From NCBI GenBank assembly GCA_944393615.1, contig CALYAQ010000081.1, forward strand, positions 1-19,283: a stretch of DNA of 19,283 nt. The letters are read 5' to 3'. Below are positions 1-7,535 of the stretch, one piece after another. Position numbers and translations under genes: made by a program. Position 1 is the stretch's first letter. The number at the start of each line of letters is the position of its first letter. The DNA comes from an uncultured Clostridia bacterium. GTDB lineage: Bacteria; Bacillota; Clostridia; TANB77; SIG350. Under the pieces are notes generated by a model, which had not been told where the DNA came from, ran no database searches, and saw only the letters and a list, made by a program, of their open reading frames with translations.

Positions 1-1336
1 CTGCACTTGAAAAATAGCTTACATCTTCTAACATCAATCTATTCATTGTATCATTCAACAACTTATCATTTTGATTTATTATTCCACTACATATATCATT
101 TATAATATCGTATTGATAATCATTGCCTAACCAATTCTCTTGCATTTTTCCTAATACTATCTTTATTTCATTATTGGGTACTCTTAATGTTGCTATATTT
201 TTTAACCCTCGTAGCTCTACATTTTCTACTGTTAAATATCCTGAAAATATCAATGTATTCATAAACGCTGTATAATTACTTTGTAATTGTTCATATACCG
301 TTTTATCTTCTTTTTCTATTTCTATTGTTTCGTCTTTCAACAATTTACTTATTGCCTCTGCTGTTTGTCCTGTTATTCCTTTGGTTGCATATTGAAGCAA
401 ATTAGTATTTCCTGTATTTACCCAATATATTCCAACTTGACCTTGGTTATCTAAATATTGTAATATGCTCCATGGGTTAAATATTTCTACATTTCCTATG
501 TTATATCCGTCATACCATTTTTCTACTTCTTCGTACTTATCTGATAAGTTATATTCTTCTAGCATTTCTTTTACTTCTGCTTTAGTAAAACCAAAATATT
601 CACTTCCATTACTTTTAAATACATTATATACATTAAAATTATTTAATTCACTGAATATACTTTGTTGACCTATTTGTAGTACCCCTGTTAACACTGCCAC
701 TTGCAAATACTCATTATCTTTTAATGCTGAACTTAAAAATGTACTTATGAAGGTTCTTGACTTTTCTAAAAAACCTTTTGTATATGAAGAGTTTAAAGGT
801 ACATCATATTCGTCTATTAATATTATTGCTTTTTTACCATAATAGTTATATAAATATTCTGTTAAATCTTTTAACGAAGTTGAATAATCACTAACTTTCC
901 CAACTCCATTTTGTATATTATTATATACTTTTATTTGATTATCTAATAATATTTCTTTTACATTTTCCTATCTATTATATTCTCTAATTACTATTTTTTT
1001 TAATGCATCATACATATCATTCCAATTATCTGCCTTTACCTCTTTTAAAGATAAATATATTACTGGATATGCATTTTGATGCTCTTTGTATTTTTGTACA
1101 CTATCTATGTATAGTCCTTTAAACAAATCTTTATTTTCTTCTTTTTTCGTTATATCAAAATATTCTTTTAGCATTTGCATATTTGTTGTTTTTCCAAACC
1201 TTCGTGGACGTAAATATAACTTCGTTCCCATAAAATTATTTAATATTTCTTCTACAAATTTTGTTTTATCTACATACAAATAGCCAGCTTCTACTATTGC
1301 CTTAAAATCACTTGTTCCTATTGGTATACTTCTCAC
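1..1336 (-). pseudogene. AAA-ATPase-like family protein (type usually fused to a C-terminal PD-(D/E)XK nuclease domain). It is interrupted by an in-frame TAG at 968-970, and the 3' part runs off the window.
   Basis: The N-terminus reads (GTG)RSIPIGTSDFKAIVEAGYLYVDKTKFVEEIL...LYLRPRRFGKTTNMQML, which is the typical start of the predicted AAA-ATPase family. After the TAG the same frame stays open to position 1 (ENVKEILLDNQ...AIILIDEYDVPLNSSY...VAVLTGVLQIGQQSIFSELNNF...). An SD-like AAGGGAAG lies upstream of the GTG at 1334-1336. Confidence 0.7.
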
Positions 1337-1435
1337 ATTTCTACACTTCCCTTCTTTATTTATTTGTCTTAACTAATCTATTGTTATTATATATTATATA
1401 AAAACATTTATCAAGCACATTTACACTTTTTACAC

Positions 1436-1469
1436 GGAAAATTACAGATAATGTATTATATCCGTAATT
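1436..1469 (-). terminator. Candidate intrinsic terminator after addB
   Basis: An 11-bp hairpin AATTACAGATA/TATCCGTAATT (one G-U pair, 8-nt loop) lies just 3' of the addB stop. The T tract following it on the minus strand is short. Confidence 0.4.
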
Positions 1470-1476
1470 TGTAATA

Positions 1477-4400
1477 TTATACCTTTCTCATAATATTATA
1501 TTTGCAATTACTATCTTTTGAATTAAATTTACAAACACTACTATATGAACAATATTTGCACCCATACATATTTTTGTTTTTCCAATAAGGTAGAACAGAT
1601 ATCTTACCGTTCAATATTTGAGTTGATATTCTTTTTAGTAAATTTTTCGCCTCTTTTTGTAATTTTATAAATTCATCTAACGATATAGCATTATTACCTT
1701 TTGCATTTCCTTCTTTATCTAATTTAACATTAACCATATTAGAACTTTCTTGTATATAATTATCCATATGGCTTATTAAAGTTTTATCATTTAATATTAA
1801 ACCATCTAATCTCATTTGTTCAACTATTTTATTTTCAATTTCCTCTTTTGAAACATCTCCAGAAGTTTTAATAATAGGATTATCAATTTTAAAATAGAAA
1901 ACCCCTCCTGGTACTATTCCATCTTCTTTTTGCGTAACAGCATCCAAATATGTTATTAACTGAATATTTAGCCCATTATATATATCTGAAACGTCTATGC
2001 TCTTATTTGAAGATTTATAGTCAATTATTCTTACATATCTTCCGTCATTTGTATCTGCAATATCTATTCTGTCAATTTTACCTCTTAGTTCAACCCTTTT
2101 TCCATTTTCTAATTCCACTTCTATTGCGTGATATTGCCCTTTTTCTCCAAATTCAACTTCTGTTCCTATTGGTTTAAAACTGCTATTTTTTATTTGAAGT
2201 ACTAAAATCCAAATGGCTTTTTGCAAGGTTTTTTTAAGCCTAATTTTAAGAATGTTATACTCTTTAGATTGTTTTATCATTTCAATATCAATTTTTTCAA
2301 ACATAAAATTAATTATTTTTTCTGATACTTGATTACAAGTATCAATATCCAAATTCTTTATATCAATACTATTATCAATCATATATTTAAAAAACTCATC
2401 TAACACTTGATGATTGAAATTTCCAATGTCCAATGTCCTTATTGTATACATTTCTTTTTCCTTTATTTTTAGCACATATTTAAGATAAAAACTATATGGG
2501 CATCTAACATATTCTTCAATTCTAGATATAGAAGTTTTGAGTTCATTTGTATAAAGTTTAGAAATATTTTCTTCACTCAAATTAATTTCCATACTATTTT
2601 TAAAATCACATATTGCTATATATTTATTATACAGTTCTATATCATTATTTTTATACCATTGTAGTAACTCAAGATTATTATCAAAAAGATTCTCAAAGCT
2701 CACATTTGGCAAATACTCTTTTTGATTTAAAACATATTGTTCATCAACAGGTATTTCAATAATATCAAACATCTTTTTTATTTTATTAATTAAAAATGAC
2801 GGTCTATAACTTGTACCATTTAGGTCATTAAAAATATATGAAAAAACCACTTTTTCTGTACACATAGTTATAGATTTATATATGCTAAATTCATCTAGCA
2901 ATATCTTTTCATTTGTATTTTTCGCAAGTTGAACCTCATTTTGTTTTAAGTATTTTCTATCATTATCAGTAAGTAACCCTTCTGTTGGATAAGTAATAGG
3001 AAATTTATCATTTTGTGTTCCTATAAAATATAGCGATTTTATACTATTGGTTCTTGTCCTTTCAATATCTCCTATTATTACACAATCTTTATATAATGGT
3101 ATATATGCCTTTTGAGTATTTGTAATACCAACTTCTAACAACTTCTTAAACTCCTGAATGTCAACTTCTTTTTGACCAACACTTAATATTAATTGTTCAA
3201 ATACATCTGTATAATAATTCCATATATCTATATATTCATTTTCTAATTCTATCATTTGTTGTTTTCTAAAATTTTCAATTTTATCTTTTATCTTTCTTTC
3301 TATTCCATTATTAGATAAAAATGTATACATAGTAGATACTATATCTTTTACACATTTGCATTTTAGAATTGTATTTCTAAACTCTATTAAAGGTACTATA
3401 ACTGTTTTTCTAATATTATTAAGCAATTCTAACCTTTGTTTTTCTTCTTCTGTTTTATTATCATAATTGAAATCATTATGCCATTTATATCCATGTATTC
3501 CCCACTTAACACAGTAATTTTCTAAATTATATATATCATCAATATCAATGTCTAAAAAACCTGTTTTTAAATAAGAAAAAACACTTTGATAACTAAAGTT
3601 ATCAATAACAATATCAATTAGTGAGAATATCAACACAGATATTTGATTGTTGCTAATGTCGGTTTTGCAATCTAAAAAATATGGTATATTATATTTTTTA
3701 AAAATAGCCCATATAGCATCTGAATATCTTTCTAAATCTCTAGTTATAACCACAATATCATTATATTTATATCCTTTTTTTATATCTTTTATAACTTGGT
3801 TAGCTAAATTCTCAATTTCTGTATAAGTGTTAGTACATGAATATATATTAACACTATCACATTGACCCTTATACTTAATATATGGGTATTTGAATAAGTT
3901 TTCTTGCAAGTGTATAATCTCGCTTTTTTGTGTTGCTTGTTCATATTTATTTAATAATTGTATTTGTTCAAAATCTATATTATTTTCTTTACAAAGAGTA
4001 ATAAACTTTTCATATTCTACTTTGTTTTGATTATATATATCAAGTGAATTGCTAGAAGGCTTTATATCATCTATACAAAACGTAATATTTACATTATTTT
4101 TTTTAACCAACTTTATAATTATTTCATACTCCTGTTTAGTAAAACCATAAAACTCGTCTATATATATATCACAATTTGATAATATATCACTATTATCTAA
4201 ATATTGTAAAAGTATTTCTAATTCATTTGTATAATTTTTCCCATTTGCTTGTACCATATTTATGTATTGTTCATATATATTATTAAGGTCAGTTATTTTA
4301 TCTTTCAACCTAACATCTTCAATTTGTAATGATGACAAAGCATTATTTGTAACTCCATATCTATTAAATTCAGAAAAAACATCTAATATATTATCAATGT

Positions 4401-4749
4401 TTCCTTTATTAGCACTATTAAACATTTTGAACTTACCATTATTCAAAATGTTATATATTATTATTTTTTTACCTACATCACTAATATTTTGTATATCTAA
4501 CCCTAATTCATTAAATACATAATATGCCATTCTTTTTAAGGTAAGAACTTCAATATTAAAAAGTCCGCACTTTTTTAAATATTTCGTTAACTTTTCTTCT
4601 GTACTTAGACTAAATTGTTCAGGCACAATTAAATATGATTTAATATTATTCATAATATTAAAATCATATTTCTCTTTTATCATGTTATATATATATGTAG
4701 TCTTTCCACATCTACTTTTTCCATAAATAATTTTTAACATTATTTTCAC
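1477..4749 (-). CDS. addB: ATP-dependent helicase/deoxyribonuclease subunit B (AddB/RexB)
   Basis: 1090-aa ORF. It has an N-terminal Walker A motif (GKSRCGKT) and a C-terminal nuclease and Fe-S module with CPYSFYLKY ... CKYCSYSSVC (the Cys pattern typical of AddB). SD AGGTGA lies upstream of the ATG, and the stop is TAA. Confidence 0.9.
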   Translation of the reverse strand: MKIMLKIIYGKSRCGKTTYIYNMIKEKYDFNIMNNIKSYLIVPEQFSLSTEEKLTKYLKKCGLFNIEVLTLKRMAYYVFNELGLDIQNISDVGKKIIIYNILNNGKFKMFNSANKGNIDNILDVFSEFNRYGVTNNALSSLQIEDVRLKDKITDLNNIYEQYINMVQANGKNYTNELEILLQYLDNSDILSNCDIYIDEFYGFTKQEYEIIIKLVKKNNVNITFCIDDIKPSSNSLDIYNQNKVEYEKFITLCKENNIDFEQIQLLNKYEQATQKSEIIHLQENLFKYPYIKYKGQCDSVNIYSCTNTYTEIENLANQVIKDIKKGYKYNDIVVITRDLERYSDAIWAIFKKYNIPYFLDCKTDISNNQISVLIFSLIDIVIDNFSYQSVFSYLKTGFLDIDIDDIYNLENYCVKWGIHGYKWHNDFNYDNKTEEEKQRLELLNNIRKTVIVPLIEFRNTILKCKCVKDIVSTMYTFLSNNGIERKIKDKIENFRKQQMIELENEYIDIWNYYTDVFEQLILSVGQKEVDIQEFKKLLEVGITNTQKAYIPLYKDCVIIGDIERTRTNSIKSLYFIGTQNDKFPITYPTEGLLTDNDRKYLKQNEVQLAKNTNEKILLDEFSIYKSITMCTEKVVFSYIFNDLNGTSYRPSFLINKIKKMFDIIEIPVDEQYVLNQKEYLPNVSFENLFDNNLELLQWYKNNDIELYNKYIAICDFKNSMEINLSEENISKLYTNELKTSISRIEEYVRCPYSFYLKYVLKIKEKEMYTIRTLDIGNFNHQVLDEFFKYMIDNSIDIKNLDIDTCNQVSEKIINFMFEKIDIEMIKQSKEYNILKIRLKKTLQKAIWILVLQIKNSSFKPIGTEVEFGEKGQYHAIEVELENGKRVELRGKIDRIDIADTNDGRYVRIIDYKSSNKSIDVSDIYNGLNIQLITYLDAVTQKEDGIVPGGVFYFKIDNPIIKTSGDVSKEEIENKIVEQMRLDGLILNDKTLISHMDNYIQESSNMVNVKLDKEGNAKGNNAISLDEFIKLQKEAKNLLKRISTQILNGKISVLPYWKNKNMYGCKYCSYSSVCKFNSKDSNCKYNIMRKV

Positions 4750-4786
4750 CTAATATATATATACCATACTTTAAACAAAAAAACAA

Positions 4787-4816
4787 TTGACACAAGTAAA
4801 ATTTATATGGTATACT
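4787..4816 (+). promoter_or_regulatory. Sigma-A-type promoter of cassette 1 (TTGACA-18-TGgTATACT)
   Basis: TTGACA is at 4787-4792, TG at 4808-4809 and TATACT at 4811-4816. The ATG at 4824 lies 7 nt after the -10, and there is no SD. Confidence 0.65.
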
Positions 4817-4830
4817 AATTTGTATGACAA
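4802..4830 (-). promoter_or_regulatory. Candidate addB promoter (TTGTCA-17-TATAAA) overlapping the divergent cassette-1 promoter
   Basis: Reading the minus strand, TTGTCA is at 4830-4825, followed by a 17-nt spacer and TATAAA at 4807-4802. The -35 is the reverse complement of the cassette-1 start codon region ATGACAA. Confidence 0.35.
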
Positions 4831-5213
4831 GCATTGACTTACAAGTCGAAGAACACGAATTGTTATTTGACAACTCCGAAAAAACAAAGTTTTTCTTGAA
4901 AAAACTTTCAAAACTAATAAATTGTTTTTCAGAAACTGATTTTTCTAAATCAATTATCACTGCAATTAAAAACTACATAAAAGCTAGAGGTATAACCGAA
5001 AATTTAGCTTTAGAAATTTTAATTACTAGTTCATCAATTTATAATGCAATAATGATTGCACAAGATTGTAAAGAAGATAATGTTATAGGTAATGCAAAAA
5101 TGTGTGTACTTTCAAAAGGAAGTTTCTCAGTTATACTCAATTTTATTGAATTTGAAACCAATTGTGTATGTTGCAACAAAAGGATTAAAGTATATATTCT
5201 TTTTGCTGAATAG
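4824..5213 (+). CDS. Hypothetical small cytoplasmic protein, cassette 1 (129 aa)
   Basis: A 129-codon open frame in very AT-rich DNA, bracketed by its own promoter and a weak hairpin. I see no TM segment or signal peptide. The stop is TAG. Confidence 0.7.
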   Translation: MTSIDLQVEEHELLFDNSEKTKFFLKKLSKLINCFSETDFSKSIITAIKNYIKARGITENLALEILITSSSIYNAIMIAQDCKEDNVIGNAKMCVLSKGSFSVILNFIEFETNCVCCNKRIKVYILFAE

Positions 5214-5218
5214 TCTTT

Positions 5219-5245
5219 AAAAAGGCTATATGCTCTTTTTTCTTT
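5219..5245 (+). terminator. Weak candidate terminator after cassette 1
   Basis: The stem AAAAAGGC/GC(t)CTTTTT has one bulge and a 5-nt loop and is followed by a T-rich run. The stem is AT-rich and therefore weak. Confidence 0.35.
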
Positions 5246-5254
5246 CTAACACAT

Positions 5255-5284
5255 TTGACTTTTGTATACATAATATGGTATAAT
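5255..5284 (+). promoter_or_regulatory. Sigma-A-type promoter of cassette 2 (TTGACT-18-TGgTATAAT)
   Basis: TTGACT is at 5255-5260, TG at 5276-5277 and TATAAT at 5279-5284. Unlike the other cassettes, the first long-ORF ATG (5317) is about 26 nt past the predicted +1. Confidence 0.6.
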
Positions 5285-5316
5285 GAACTGATAAAAAAAT
5301 TATGTAATGTATTACT

Positions 5317-5700
5317 ATGTATAATACATGGGAATTTAACATGGATAAAGTTACAACTACAAAAACAATTTTTCTTCTTAATAAAGAAGCTACAATTAGT
5401 ATAGAAAGTACAAAAGGTTATATCCTTAAAATTACAGTTAAATTTAATGATAATCCTTTAGTAGAATTTGCAAAGTACAGTGATGACAGTTGTTCTATAA
5501 CTTCAAAAGATAATACATCTTCTAAGTTATACAACAGATTATGGCTTGATTGTTCTGACGGGAAAGATGTTTTTGCTTTAGAAAATTGCGAAGAAGAAGT
5601 TTTAACCTTCCACCACATTTCTAAAGCACCTATAGATGTATTAGAAAAATTAAAATACATGAAAGAACTAAAAAGAGCTATTGCAAGAACAATTTTTTAA
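5317..5700 (+). CDS. Hypothetical small protein, cassette 2 (127 aa, or 119 aa if translation starts at the ATG at 5341)
   Basis: The frame is open from 5317 to 5700 and the stop is TAA. There is no clear SD, only a weak GGGA 7 nt before the alternative ATG at 5341. A strong terminator follows. Confidence 0.65.
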   Translation: MYNTWEFNMDKVTTTKTIFLLNKEATISIESTKGYILKITVKFNDNPLVEFAKYSDDSCSITSKDNTSSKLYNRLWLDCSDGKDVFALENCEEEVLTFHHISKAPIDVLEKLKYMKELKRAIARTIF

Positions 5701-5723
5701 AAACACAGACCTCTGTGTTTTTC
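5699..5723 (+). terminator. Intrinsic terminator after cassette 2
   Basis: The stem AAACACAG/CTGTGTTT has loop ACCT and is followed by TTC. It abuts the next -35 element. Confidence 0.7.
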
Positions 5724-5752
5724 TTGCTTTTTCTTCTAAATTATGATAAAAT
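5724..5752 (+). promoter_or_regulatory. Sigma-A-type promoter of cassette 3 (TTGCTT-17-TGaTAAAAT)
   Basis: TTGCTT is at 5724-5729, TG at 5744-5745 and TAAAAT at 5747-5752. The ATG at 5759 lies 6 nt after the -10, and there is no SD. Confidence 0.65.
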
Positions 5753-5758
5753 ATATGT

Positions 5759-6199
5759 ATGTTTAACCATTTAGTTAGTCAAAACATCTCTAATTTAGAT
5801 GATGCTACAACCGAAACGCAAGTAATTCTTGAAAAAGTTTTTAAGAATATTTCTTCGTATATTGATGAATCGAACCTTGTTGTAAATTCAATCAAAAAAA
5901 TTTACTTTTCTAGAAAAGCAACAGCGTTAGACATCTTATCTAGTCAGTACAATATTACACTTAGTAATACTTATGATTTAACATATATTGTTACGAATTC
6001 GTCAACTGCACTTGAGCAATACGAAAAACTTATTATGCAAAGTACAAACTCTGAGATATATTCAACTAATCTAGATTATCTTAAATTTGAAACAGAAAAT
6101 AATAGCATTCCTTTTATTTTCTACATTATTCCTAACAACGTGAAAGGTTATTCGAATAACAATTGGAGACTTGTACTAATTATAGAAATACCAAAATAA
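5759..6199 (+). CDS. Hypothetical small cytoplasmic protein, cassette 3 (146 aa)
   Basis: The frame is open from 5759 to 6199 and the stop is TAA. The stop codon sits inside the 5' arm of the terminator stem. Confidence 0.7.
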   Translation: MFNHLVSQNISNLDDATTETQVILEKVFKNISSYIDESNLVVNSIKKIYFSRKATALDILSSQYNITLSNTYDLTYIVTNSSTALEQYEKLIMQSTNSEIYSTNLDYLKFETENNSIPFIFYIIPNNVKGYSNNNWRLVLIIEIPK

Positions 6200-6222
6200 T
6201 TATCTATTTTGGTATTTTTATT
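6191..6222 (+). terminator. Intrinsic terminator after cassette 3
   Basis: The stem CCAAAATA/TATTTTGG has a 6-nt loop and is followed by TATTTTTATT. Confidence 0.6.
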
Positions 6223-6223
6223 C

Positions 6224-6252
6224 TTGACCAACGATTAAAAATATGATAAATT
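6224..6252 (+). promoter_or_regulatory. Sigma-A-type promoter of cassette 4 (TTGACC-17-TGaTAAATT)
   Basis: TTGACC is at 6224-6229, TG at 6244-6245 and TAAATT at 6247-6252. The ATG at 6259 lies 6 nt after the -10, and there is no SD. Confidence 0.65.
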
Positions 6253-6258
6253 ATATAC

Positions 6259-6702
6259 ATGTCAGAAGTCTATCTACAATTTGACCATCCTAAATTGGTT
6301 AATGGTTCAGCAAATGAAAAAGAAATTATTAACAACTTTTTCAACTGTGCTTACTCTGTAGCAATGCTACAAGATTGTAGGCAAAAAGCTTTTGAAGCAT
6401 ATATGGAGGCAACTTCCGTTTGTATTGAGTACTTAGAATTAGAAGAGGATTATTCACTATCATTGCGTTTGTATGATAACTGTGATGAAGCTGTTGCATG
6501 GTTTTCAAGTTTAGATTACCCAGAAGATGACAATATCTATTCTGCAACAACAGCAATCTATACACATAATCATGACTTAAGATGCGACTCTTTACTTATG
6601 TTTTTAGGTATTGCTTGCAACAAGGAAAAAATAGATTATATGAAAGAAGAGCAACTTAGAATTGACTGGAATGCATATTGTTGCGTTATTACAGAGTTCT
6701 AA
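6259..6702 (+). CDS. Hypothetical small, strongly acidic, Cys-rich protein, cassette 4 (147 aa)
   Basis: The frame is open from 6259 to 6702. My manual count gives about 27 D/E against 10 K/R, plus 8 Cys. I see no TM segment or signal peptide. Confidence 0.7.
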   Translation: MSEVYLQFDHPKLVNGSANEKEIINNFFNCAYSVAMLQDCRQKAFEAYMEATSVCIEYLELEEDYSLSLRLYDNCDEAVAWFSSLDYPEDDNIYSATTAIYTHNHDLRCDSLLMFLGIACNKEKIDYMKEEQLRIDWNAYCCVITEF

Positions 6703-6711
6703 CAAATACAT

Positions 6712-6746
6712 ATAAACATGATAGTTTATCTTGTTTATATTTTTTC
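6712..6746 (+). terminator. Intrinsic terminator after cassette 4
   Basis: An extended AT-rich hairpin ATAAACA-t-GATA gtt TATC-t-TGTTTAT is followed by ATTTTTT. It abuts the next -35 element. Confidence 0.55.
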
Positions 6747-6776
6747 TTGACATTGCTATACATAATGTTGTATAAT
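6747..6776 (+). promoter_or_regulatory. Sigma-A-type promoter of cassette 5 (TTGACA-18-TATAAT)
   Basis: TTGACA is at 6747-6752 and TATAAT at 6771-6776, with TG immediately upstream of the -10. The ATG at 6783 lies 6 nt after the -10, and there is no SD. Confidence 0.7.
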
Positions 6777-6782
6777 ATAATT

Positions 6783-7457
6783 ATGTCAAATGAAACTATT
6801 AATGTAAATTCAACAAATGCTGATTTATTAAATTCTGAAGATTTTGAAAACAATATTAAAGTATATTCCAAAAATGGAAAAACAAATCCTATTGTTCCAA
6901 CTTATTCAGCAACTTTATCTAATGCTATTGTACTTCGAGCAATAGATATGTTTAGTTATAAAATTTGTCTAAAATTCTATAATGGTATTTATGAATTTTC
7001 TTATGAAAACAACAAACTTTCAAATGATGTTATAGATAGTGTTATAGAGCATTTCAACAAACTAGGAATTAGTGTTAAAAAAGAAAGAAAAACTTTAAAA
7101 AAAGGTATCATTTTCAAAAAAGAATACGTTAAGAATTTTTTAACTTTTTCATATACTTTAGAAAATGAAGCTATTATAGACAATATCTTCTTTACAATGT
7201 GTTCTGAAAAATCGTTTGCCACAACTAGAGAATCACTTGAAAAAATAATTTCAAGTGAGGTATTAAAAGGTAATAAAGCTTTTTGGATTGACAGCTATGA
7301 ACTTTGTATTAGCAGTGTTAATTCTGAATATTTAGGCTATACTGCGGTCAAAGAAATGATATTCTCTAAGCTCTTTTATGATTTTAGAAAAGCAGGTTTT
7401 GTAATTTCTAGCAAACGTAGCAGATACTGTATGTATTATCACATCACACTACCATAA
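6783..7457 (+). CDS. Hypothetical cytoplasmic protein, cassette 5 (224 aa)
   Basis: The ORF track starts this frame at 6678, but that extension covers the preceding terminator and this cassette's promoter. The internal ATG at 6783 (MSNETINV...) sits at the predicted +1. The stop is TAA. Confidence 0.7.
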   Translation: MSNETINVNSTNADLLNSEDFENNIKVYSKNGKTNPIVPTYSATLSNAIVLRAIDMFSYKICLKFYNGIYEFSYENNKLSNDVIDSVIEHFNKLGISVKKERKTLKKGIIFKKEYVKNFLTFSYTLENEAIIDNIFFTMCSEKSFATTRESLEKIISSEVLKGNKAFWIDSYELCISSVNSEYLGYTAVKEMIFSKLFYDFRKAGFVISSKRSRYCMYYHITLP

Positions 7458-7490
7458 CCCCCCTATTTTGGGGTTTTATTTTTTTTGTTT
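7456..7490 (+). terminator. Intrinsic terminator after cassette 5
   Basis: The GC stem AACCCC/GGGGTT is followed by a long T run (TTTTATTTTTTTTGTTTTTT). Confidence 0.75.
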
Positions 7491-7499
7491 TTTCTGCAT

Positions 7500-7528
7500 T
7501 TGACATAACATATTATTTATGATATACT
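7500..7528 (+). promoter_or_regulatory. Sigma-A-type promoter of cassette 6 (TTGACA-17-TGaTATACT)
   Basis: TTGACA is at 7500-7505, TG at 7520-7521 and TATACT at 7523-7528. The ATG at 7536 lies 7 nt after the -10, and there is no SD. Confidence 0.7.
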
Positions 7529-7535
7529 TTTATTC

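Noticed and set aside
968-970. The TAG in the AAA-ATPase-like gene as a reassigned or read-through sense codon (for example pyrrolysine or an altered genetic code).
   Set aside because: TAG terminates folD, uppP, spoIIIAA, spoIIIAB, the lipoprotein gene and cassette 1 at the expected C-termini, so TAG is a normal stop here. No Pyl machinery is visible.
1950-4522. Plus-strand ORFs inside addB (1950..2177 and 4262..4522), and similar antisense ORFs elsewhere (465..668, 1086..1283, 5418..5660, 6341..6565, 7001..7222, 9497..9715, 10995..11225, 12837..13277, 13998..14219, 14811..15072, 15258..15494, 15852..16098, 16240..16622, 17074..17478 and 18639..18869).
   Set aside because: All lie antisense to, or out of frame within, well-supported genes. 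They encode low-complexity Leu/Phe/Ile/Ser-rich peptides typical of the reverse strand of AT-rich coding DNA, and they lack an SD.
4712-4960. The minus-strand 82-aa ORF spanning the addB start and the cassette-1 5' end.
   Set aside because: It overlaps the addB start codon, the divergent promoter region and cassette 1. It has no SD and a low-complexity product.
6678-6782. The ORF-track start at 6678 for the cassette-5 ORF, a 35-codon N-terminal extension that overlaps the end of cassette 4.
   Set aside because: The extension runs through the cassette-4 stop, its terminator hairpin and the TTGACA/TATAAT promoter. The ATG at 6783 sits at the predicted +1, as in the sibling cassettes.
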